From: Octopus sinensis
Taxonomy: Eukaryota
Assembly: GCF_006345805.1 (NCBI RefSeq)
Contig: NC_042997.1
Span: 164,486,001-164,550,000, forward strand
DNA: 64,000 nt
Reading direction: 5' to 3'
This document shows positions 55,001-64,000 of the stretch, in pieces; the first letter of the stretch is position 1, and the number at the start of each line of letters is the position of its first letter. The notes beneath the pieces were generated by a model. That model was not told where the DNA came from. It saw nothing but the letters and a program-made list of their open reading frames with translations, and made no database searches. The translations under genes and the position numbers were made by a program.

Positions 55001-57756
55001 TGATTTTTCAAAAATAATTAGTGGTTATATTCCATTTCAAAAATTTAAGTTGCACACTTTAAAGAAAACTATCCTTGACAAATCTGTCGAAAAAGTAAAT
55101 AAGATGAAAATCAAAACAAAAACTAATGATCTGAAACTAAAGACTTGTAAAGAAACTTCAACTGTTTTAATGAGCTTTCTTAACACAAAAAAAAAGCATC
55201 TACAAGGGGAAAATATATACCCATTATCAACAGAAGACTCAAAAGCTACTATAAAAGTAAATAGCATTTTTTTTGGAAAAAAAGAAGAAAAAAATGAAAG
55301 AAAAAGGTGGGGTGGAATCATCTTATTGACTTCCTATACATTGACAATCCATGTTTAGAACGAAAGAAAGGAAACGAGAAAGTAAACAAGATATATCCTT
55401 TGACACAAGCAAAGAATTGAGTAAACTGTTCATGTGTTCGGCTGTGACGACAAACAATAACGGAAAATATAGTTTATTGTATACATAAAGCAGCTAAATT
55501 CTAGAAGTATCGAATTAAATCGAAACGAATTAAATGCAATATAGCCAACTTTTTTTTTTTTAAATAATTCATTTTGGATTAATTTAAGTTGAGATATAAG
55601 TCTCAAAAATTAGCTTCACGTGGGTTAAGGGATTAATTTTTATGTCTTTATGTCGCTGAATTAAATGAGTCTGGGAAGTGATAGGCAAGGACCTATCATG
55701 ATGGATCATAGAGCAATCAATCATAGGTAAAATATAAAACCATTCTATATATATAAATATATATATATATAATGGAGAGAGAGAGAGAGAGAGATGAACC
55801 ATATTTGCATGCCTTATGCCTGCTTAGGAATATAAATATACACATAAAGATTTCCTATCTCTAAAGGTATGCAAATAAAATGGTTCACCTATTAACTGGT
55901 TATGTTACACTTAATAAAACTTGTGGTTTCACTTCGAAATAACGAAAATATGGTGGGGTTGAGACAAAGTCAGGCATGTCTTCAAATAAATATCTATCAA
56001 CTACAATGTAAGTCATTACGACATTCGCATCTAAGTTAAAAGTCAATGACATCAGAGTTATTTTCCATTAAAAAAAAAAATAATCGAAACCTGTGTTTCG
56101 GAACATATCTAATTTTTGCCATACAAAACGAAGTGAATTTCTTCATGCTGTAAATGTAAATAGGATCGTCTTGTTTGCATCCGTCTCTGAGCAGCGACAT
56201 TAAACAATGTGAAACTATGTCATTTAAATGAGTAAGAAACAACGATATTGGAAAGCAAGCATTAAGAATCTAGACTTCTTTCCACAACAGCAAATATCAA
56301 CAATAAGCAGTTCGCCTATGTGACTACATGAAAAAATGTGACACAGCAGCGAGCGAGAGAAGGAGAGAGAGAGATATAAAGTGAGAATGATTTCAAGTTT
56401 ATATAGCAACTATATGATTTAGTAAGCGTAAATTACCATTAATTCGGACTAGCTCTACTCCACTTGCCCCCTATCTCAACATAGTCGTATTTAGTTGATG
56501 GAATTGAGAGAAATAACAGCTTACTTTACAACCATAAATAACTGTTCTCCACAGTTGGCTCTGCCATTACTATAAACATACACATAAATGTGCATATGTA
56601 TATACATACATACACGTTCTTTTTATAACTCGACTGTCTGAGACAGGTTGGCCTACATTTACTGTCGGGGTCCACTGATCCGAATATGCTTAAGCTGTTT
56701 CAATCCACTACACACAACATATTCTCCCAGAAACGTGATATTATATGGACGATTCATTTTAGTCAGAAATTATTAAAATACGCTGATCCTACCCTATTTA
56801 ACTGAACTTTAATCGAAATAAAAAATAAAAAATTCTGGGAAAACGGTAAATATTTTTGTTCAGTGAATGAAAAATAGGAATATATTAAATATCTCATAAC
56901 TGCTAAAAAGAAACTTTGAAGAATATCTTTTATTAACCGTTCACATTCAGGTACAGCAATTTATTGGGGTATTATTAATATGGAAATTGGCAGATAATAG
57001 TGAAGCCAGTGGAATGAACGTGAAGCCGCAAATGTCCAATAATTACCAGGCCGAAGACCTAATTCTAGCAAAAGAAGAGGGCGGATGGATGGATAGATGG
57101 ATGAATATACATATATATATATATATGAACAGCGGCTAAGAGTTAAAAGATATTAGTCCTTAGAATAGAAAAGGGAATTCCATAAACAACATCTATTGAA
57201 GTTCAGCGAGATAGCACACTAGCTCGACGCAATGGATCGTGCATGTAGTATCAGTTATGCGTTATCTCTGAATAATATATAGCAAACAAACATTTCTAGA
57301 AATGATAATAGAGGCAGACAACACAAAGATGTTTACCTTTACAAGTAATATTGGGTTAGCAGAACACACGTGCCGAGAACACTTTATTTTGAAATGGTTT
57401 AAAATAGAAGATGAGATGATGGCGGCTACGAGATAGTCGACTCGACAATGCAGTGTATACACATACATTTCATAGCTGAATAAACGGAATTTAAATAGGG
57501 GATATGCTATTAAGATGTGATAAACGTCATAAAATTTTATTATTATTAATAGTTACTAATTATAACTTGGTATAAACATCATATTCCACGTGTTTTACGG
57601 AGGCAACATACAATGTAGGGGGTAGTTGTGATATGTGTTATTATACTCCAATATCACATCATTTAACTTTGAAGCTTTTACAGATATGTAAAAAGACTCG
57701 CTGGGGAAAAGATATAAAGGCACACATTCAGGAGGCAGAAAAAAACAATTGCTTAC

Positions 57757-57775
57757 CTATGTCTGAAGTATCCAT
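57757..57775 (-). CDS. RXR: Probable RXR initiator mini-exon, coding part MDTSDI + G (phase 1)
   Basis: ATG GAT ACT TCA GAC ATA G|gtaagc joins G|AT of the 42413 exon in frame, giving [15 protein letters not shown]. This resembles gastropod RXR N-termini (MDRSEGMDTLENSMPS-like; recalled, not searched). Possible acceptors: ccccttag| (exon start 57793) or gaccag| (57775). Confidence 0.72.
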
Positions 57776-58383
57776 CTGGTCGAGAAATCGAAGCTAAGGG
57801 GAGGGGATTACGGACTGGACAACATACATTCACATAAACAGTAAAATAGAGAGGTCAGTGTAGGAATAATAGAGTGATGATAGAGTAAGAGATAAATAGA
57901 GAGAGGGAGAGAGAGATAAAGAGAGAAAGACAAATAAAAGAAATGCAAGAGAGCAGTAAAAGTGAAATAAAAAGCGATTTATATTACTAAAAGCCTAAAC
58001 TAAAGCATACATAATTATATATACTGTTGTGGAAAAAAAATATTTTATCCAACACAACCGCTTTAATTTTACCATGTTCTCTCAGTGTCTAGTTGGAGTG
58101 GTAGTATGAGTAACGTTTCCAATGGAAGTAGCAACTACACAAGTGAGCAGGCAGCGGCCATGATAATGTGCAGGAGCACCGTCAACTTTCGTCAAAATAC
58201 GGAGCTTTCAAATGTACGGATGATCAGACATGAATAAAAATTCGTAACTAACATCAAAGAAGCAAATATTTTGAAAATAATAATTACATCAAATAATTAG
58301 ATACAAAAAAAAATCCAAGTTAAATGTTATGTATTTTTTTTGTAGCTTGCATTAAATTTTTTTTTAAAAGTTACATAACTTAC

Positions 58384-58540
58384 CAGGGTTTCTATAGTGT
58401 CCAAATGGTAAATGAGCCATTTAGTTTTTCCTAACGGCGATGTTCATATAGGAAGATGATCTAGAGAATTTTATAGTACTATAAGTCATCCGTCAACAAG
58501 ATAAGCATACTGTAAGGCTATCATAAGAAGCGGCTGGTCT
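58384..58540 (-). other. Candidate internal 5' exon of RXR (157 nt); its 3' end encodes MAHLPFGHYRNP + G (58420-58384, phase 1)
   Basis: Acceptor cactttttaccgcgtttcctag|A at 58541/58540; donor CCTG|gtaagt at 58384/58383. An 8-codon uORF ends with TAA immediately before the ATG. Confidence 0.35.
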
Positions 58541-60051
58541 CTAGGAAACGCGGTAAAAAGTGTTGGGTGAAGAGTTCAAGGTTTGGGGAAGGTTGATGTA
58601 TTTAAAAAAAAAAAAAAGCCACAATGATTGAGAGAGGTCAATACTTCATAGTATATAACTTGATAAATCAAGTATTTCTCAAAAATCGCTGAGTATCACT
58701 TACTCCTGATGAGATCAACGGAAATTTTAAAAAATATTAAAAGTCTGATTTGTTTTCAAATGTTTTTTTTTTCTTTCAATTATTAATTTTATATATATAT
58801 ACAAATATATATAAATGTATATAGAAAATAAAGTGCTCTAAAAAATTTAATACACGTGAATATTAGCAACTCTTCTACAAGTGGCTTCAGTAATCACGGA
58901 CGAAAGGTGAATAGTCAATGTAATTTCCACCATTATCTCTGTAAGAAAATTATAAACTCCTCAGAATAGTTCTAATAACTTTTTTTTTCAAGCATGTGTA
59001 GATTGATGAAAACAAAAAGAGTTTGAATGGATTTTTTTGTTTTTCATAAGTAGTTTGTTTCCAATAAAAAAATAAAAACTTAATCAATAGTTGCTTCTGT
59101 TCCTCATTAATAAGTTGTTAGATGATGAACTAAGTAATCAAGGTCGTATGTAACAGTACCATAGAAACAGAGGCAGTGTTTTACCACCTACTTGATGCGG
59201 CCATTCAGCAATAATGAGAAAACCTTAAGTAAACCACAGCTTGTCTCTTATTACTGACGAAAGCACTCTTCCTACCCCTCCTCCACTGACCCCCTCCCTC
59301 TCACTTGCGTGCCCTCTCTCCTCCCTCTGTCTCTGTCTCTCTCACTTGCGTGCCCGCTCTCACTCTCTCCTTCCCTCTCTATCTCTCTCTTTCTCTCTCT
59401 TCATAGCTCCACTTCCTCTAAATTTTCGTTCTACTTTTCTGCTTATTTTTATTTAAATTTGTTTCCTTTTTCTTTCATCTCTACTTTTCAGTTTCTTCAC
59501 TCTTTCGCTCTAATTCAATTTTTTTTTCTTCCCTCTTTTATCTCTAACTTTCTTTCGTTGCTCAAACTCACCTCTCTTTAAAAAAAAGTATCTTCTTTTT
59601 TACTAAAACTAATTGTTTTTCTTTTTCAAATTTCATCTTCACATCTATCTCCCTCTTTAATAACATTCTATCCATTTTGTTCGCCAACTATCCCAATCCT
59701 AATCACTATTCAAATTCTAAGTTTTCTTGTCCGTCACTCGCCCTCACCTTCTGGATACTTTATTTCTATTTTAGTAATAATTTTTTTCTCTCAGATAAAA
59801 TAACATTCCGCTCTATTACCTCTCTCTAGTACTAATTTTTTTTAATTACTTACAAAAAAATAAAGAGAAAATAATAATTCCCTTCCTCCTATGGCTGCCA
59901 CCTTTTTTCAGCACTTTTCGTCTCCATTATAGACTTTACTGCATCTAAGTCATACTTTATTTCTGTTTTCTTTTTTTTTCTTTCCTTTCCTATTTACCTA
60001 CCTACCTTTACAACAGATAAATGTACCTTCCCTATCTACCTACCTACTTAC

Positions 60052-60230
60052 CTCACACTGCTCTCTGTGTCCCTTTTCTTTTCCTCTCCCACTACTGAAT
60101 CACTTTTTTTTTTTATGGTAGAATTATATACTTTAAACTAAATGGTATTTAACTAATCCGAAAACCGCATTTATCATAATTATCGAAACTACCATCATCA
60201 TCACACACTTGGCATTTATACAACGTCAGA
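60052..60230 (-). other. Candidate non-coding first exon of RXR (5' end approximate)
   Basis: Consensus donor GAG|gtaagt at 60052/60051; the phase-1 frame is closed by TGA. It lies just downstream of a CpG/GC-rich patch at 60225-60360. Confidence 0.4.
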
Positions 60231-60360
60231 CTAGCGGAAGACGACATAAGGGTTCGGTGATAATTTCTAAGGGAATGGAGATTGCGCGCCGGTTTCGGTT
60301 CTACAGGGCAAGCACTACACTATCGATATTCCCCCATGGTGTACGGTGTGATAACGCATG
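60225..60360. promoter_or_regulatory. Candidate RXR core promoter patch (GC/CpG-rich; GCGGAAG ETS-like and GCGCGCC motifs)
   Basis: Locally dense CpG (ctagcggaagacgac, attgcgcgccggtttcgg) upstream of the 60051 donor in minus-strand orientation. TSS not determinable. Confidence 0.35.
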
Positions 60361-61649
60361 AACTTCACTATATATTTATGTTCCCTATTATCAGACATCA
60401 AAGCACACAACACATACACACCCACAAACGCACACATATCAACAGGTTTGGAGTTTCTTTCCTCCTCCCTTTTTTTAAAAGTATTTAATTTGAAGCTAAA
60501 TTTACAAAATGTCCTAATTACTTGCAATACTTGGCAAGCAGAAAACTGCATATTAGTTTTTGATTCCCAAGTGAAATGGTAATATAATACAGCCTACCTC
60601 TATGATAACTCCAGTGCCTTTGAGAAAAGTAATTTTAAACGTCATCATTTAATAATTTTCTTCCCTTATAACACGATGTCTTAGTGCTTGTGCAAGAAAA
60701 TCATTTCAGCCTTGTTAACCGTTACAATGATAGTTTTGATTAAAATTGCAATATATTAGCAGGAAAATAATATAATATTCTGTTGAATCTATACTGTCAC
60801 AGTTGGTAGTTTATCCACCAAATGACGAGTGAATGACTAAATTTATCCAATCAAGACTTTAACTCAGAAAGGAACAAGAAAATATAATATTGGAAAGCAT
60901 TTTATCTGACCTTCCATTATCAGCTACTTCAGCACCCAATTAATTTTGATAATGCGGGGAATATTGTAAGTTTTGTGGATCAAAAGAGTTATATCCCATC
61001 AAATGGGAGGCTAAACCCATAAAATAGGGAGTTCACTTACTACAAGGAGCGTTAATTCTAATGTCTCAGCCTTTGTCCTTCATCTCAGACAAAAAGGCAA
61101 GAATGGCCCTTTCCTATTGATTAATTGTTGTTGACACAGACCATTAACAGTTTCCTTGAATCATCAGGATAGCAAGGGTTCTCAGTATCTGGTGACAAAG
61201 ACATTTTAGGCACCTTCACTTTAATTAACAGTCAATATAGACCAGATGAAATTTTATGCCTCTTCATTCCTACAACTGTATTCTCTCCTTTCCCCCACCC
61301 TCTTGCTATACTTGTACTGCACATCTGGATTTATCCCTTCGAAACAAGTTCATAAGCCAGCGTCAACTGTTTGTTGCAAGTAATTTCATTTCACGAAATA
61401 AATGCATTTATAAATGTTATAACTTCCCACTTCCTGTTCTTTTAATATAGAATTTTTGAACCTAGCAAAACGGAACTGGTATGATGAAACTGTTATTCAT
61501 CATCAGTCTCATGACATCTTTTAAAAAAATAAAAATAGTTATCATAGAATTTTTGAAATAAACATTCTAACTACAAGAAGCAGAATTATTTTGCTGTTGA
61601 GTACATAAACTTGGGAAAGAATGGGTGCAAGTGTATCCCCTAAAGTTAT

Positions 61650-62497
61650 GCAGAGTGCCTTGAGAGAAAAGTTGGACCTAAGAAGCATGAGATGTGGTGT
61701 GCAAGAGAGACGACTGTGCTGGTATGGTCATGTCATAAGAATAGATGAGGATAGATGTGTGAAAAAGTGTCACACTCTAGAAGTTGAGGGAACCTGTGGA
61801 AAAGGTAGACCCGGGAAGACCTGGGATGAGATGGTGAAGCACGACCTTCGAACATTAGGCCTTATCGAGGCAATGACTAACGACCGAGACCTTTGGAAAT
61901 ATGCTGTGCTTGAAAAGACCTGGCAAGCCAAGTGAGACCATAATCCGTGGCCTATGTGTTTCCTTCATTGGACACTAAACTCTGCTCGCGAAGACCTGTT
62001 GAGGCAAGTGAAATCAAAATCAAATTCGATGACAGCACTGCATGACTGGCATCCTTGCTAGTGGAGTGCTAAGAACACCATCCGAGCATGATTGTTGCCA
62101 GGGTCACTGACTGGCTCCTGTGCCGGTGCCACATAAAAAGCATCATTCAAGCATGATTGTTACCAGTATCACCTAACTGGCACGTGAAAAATAACATTCA
62201 AGCGAGGTCGTTGCCAGTGGTGCTAGACTCCTGACTCCTGTGCAGGTGGCATGTAAAAAACACAATTTGAGCGTGGCCATTGCCAGTACCACCTGACTGG
62301 TCCTCGTGCCGGTGGTACATAAAAGCACCCACTACACTCTTGGAATGGTTGGCATTAGGAAGGGCATCCAGCTGTAGAAACTCTGCCAGATCAGATTGGA
62401 GCCTGGAGCAGCCATCTAGCTTGCCAGTCCTCAGTCAAACCATCCAACCCATGCCAGTATGGAAAGCAGATGTTAAACAATGATGATGATGCTGATG
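61650..62497 (+). mobile_element. 5'-truncated RTE-clade LINE: RT C-terminus, 3' UTR with ~4 internal repeats, (GAT)n tail
   Basis: SALREKLDLRSMRCGVQERRLCWYGHVIRIDEDRCVKKCHTLEVEGTCGKGRPGKTWDEMVKHDL; same family as 2105-3055, opposite strand. Confidence 0.85.
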
Positions 62498-62769
62498 TAG
62501 TGGGAGACAAGGAAAGCGTTTTGAACATCCTGAGTTGGACCTGGATTTGTACCTACTAAGCAAATTTTGTTCCTGCATTTATGGTTGAGTATCAGGTTAA
62601 ATTGTTCAAAAACATTTGAAAGCAATTATATGACTTAGTATTCAAAGGTTATAAGCATCTATCAATCAGAAAAGATGGCCTGACAGAGGGAAAGCATTTT
62701 ACAATCTAGAGTAAATAAAAGGACTCACCACCACTTTTGACTATTAGTATCTCAGTTGTTTGATCAACT

Positions 62770-62850
62770 GAACTACCTGCTCATTGTATTAGTATGTAAC
62801 TGGCTGAGTATTCCACAGACATGCATCCTTAATGCAATCCTTGGATAGAA
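62770..62850 (-). mobile_element. Fragment of type-B SINE tail 1
   Basis: gtaactggctgagtattccacagacatgcatccttaatg resembles gcaagtggctgagcactccacagacatgtgtactcttaatg at ~21325. Confidence 0.5.
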
Positions 62851-63244
62851 TGAGTATAACAAGACTGACTTTTAATTATGGATACAGTGCATTCTACCCA
62901 GTCTAACCCAAATGTCTTGGGGTTGACCTGTGGCTATGGAAGGAGCATTATCCTAAGTTTACATACTGTGAGATCAAACCAAAAGCATCGTGATTGCAAT
63001 ATAAGCTTCCAAACCACTCAGCTACACCTGCACCAAAATTATATGTTATTTCAAAATAACATGATGATCACAGAATATTATCAGATATAATGACATATAG
63101 TCCCGTACAATGTCTATTGAAAGGTCTGAATTTGTATCAGTATTATAACCCGTTACTCACTGTCACTACTGGTTGAGAATCTGCTATTTTTTGATGATTT
63201 AACCCTTTTTCTCATATTTATGATTGTCATTTTTACGTTAATAT

Positions 63245-63790
63245 TTTACTTGTTTCAGTCATTAGACTATGGCCATGCTTGGGTACTGCCATGAAGAATT
63301 GTTTTCTAGTTGAACGAATTGCTCCCCACAAGTACTTATTTTTTTAAAGCCTGCTACTTATTCTATTGGTCTATTTTGCTGAACCACTAAGTAACGGGAA
63401 TACAAACATACCAATACTGGTTGTCAAGCAGTGGTGGGGAACAAACACAAACACACACATACATCATCATCATTTAATGTCCACTTTCCAGGTTCACATG
63501 GGTTAAATGGTCTGACTGGAAGTTGTAAGCCGAAGAGCTGCACCAAGTTTTGGTTTGATTTGCATGGTTTCTATGGCCAGATACCCTTCCTAATGCCAAC
63601 CACACAAAGAGTGTAATATAAATATATATGATGGACGGTTTTTTTAGTTTCTGTCAACCAAATTCCACTCAAATGGCTTTGGTCAGTCTGAGGCTATAGA
63701 AGAAGATGTTTGCTTGAGGTGTCATGCAGTGGGACTGAACTAGAGACCATGTGGTTGGGAGGCGAACTGCTTACCACACAACCGTGACTC
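63245..63790 (-). mobile_element. Type-A SINE interrupted by an RTE-tail fragment (~63460-63615)
   Basis: Head ~63640-63790, body and tail ~63245-63450; the insert starts catcatcatcatttaatgtccactttcc inside the SINE's (CA)n middle. Confidence 0.65.
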
Positions 63791-64000
63791 TGCCTATCTA
63801 TCCATGTATTTTAATGAATTTTAAAATATCCATGAATTTGGATGGATTTTGTAAAAAGAGTAACTTTTTTTAGTAAGCTGATATTTAAATAACAAAAGGC
63901 TCTCCAGAAGAAGATTTTAATTAAAAAACTGATCTCAAGTCATTGAGCCATACAAAAGAGATGACTAAGGACTGAGATATTTGGTGCATTGCTGTACTCA

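Larger units (their letters stand above)
53500..61500. promoter_or_regulatory. CpG-retaining domain covering the RXR 5' end
   Basis: By eye, roughly 20 CpG in 53580-54300 versus almost none in 49000-50000. Boundaries approximate. Confidence 0.6.

Noticed and set aside
54954-55358. 134-aa Lys-rich ORF
   Set aside because: Product of A-rich sequence; no domain motif or splice support.
61140-61450. Possible transposase remnant
   Set aside because: No recognisable motif in the frames I read.
62050-62340. Regularly spaced ~60-bp repeats resembling a CRISPR-like array (also 2270-2520)
   Set aside because: Imperfect tandem units of an RTE 3' UTR in eukaryotic DNA; no unique spacers and no cas genes.

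Overview
AT-rich, microsatellite- and retroposon-laden animal DNA; the SINE/RTE families and giant (TA/CA)n tracts point to an octopod cephalopod (inference). The one host gene I can support is RXR (retinoid X receptor, NR2B) on the minus strand. Two coding exons are clear: 42413-41999 (A/B region to the first zinc-finger half) and 28123-27966 (rest of the DNA-binding domain). A likely initiator mini-exon lies at 57775-57757 (MDTSDI). Joined, they give 197 codons ending ...MGMKRE. I found no hinge or ligand-binding-domain exon, so these probably lie beyond position 1 (intron of at least 28 kb). The 5' region (about 53.5-61.5 kb) is visibly CpG-rich against a CpG-depleted gene body. It holds a candidate non-coding first exon (donor at 60051) and a further candidate phase-1 coding exon (58384-58540); another candidate lies at 48616-48676. 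The introns contain a 6-kb graded tetranucleotide satellite, a 2.8-kb compound satellite, 5'-truncated RTE LINE copies, several tRNA-derived SINE types, TTAA-flanked MITEs, a decayed Gypsy-type integrase, a 440-bp fold-back, short near-perfect hairpins and an exact 640-bp tandem duplication that may be an assembly artefact. Nearly all long ORFs in the track are stop-free translations of microsatellites. I see no evidence for a wholly new gene system. The best leads are alternative RXR N-termini and promoter architecture, intronic dsRNA structures, and the satellite's CpG-to-TpG gradient.
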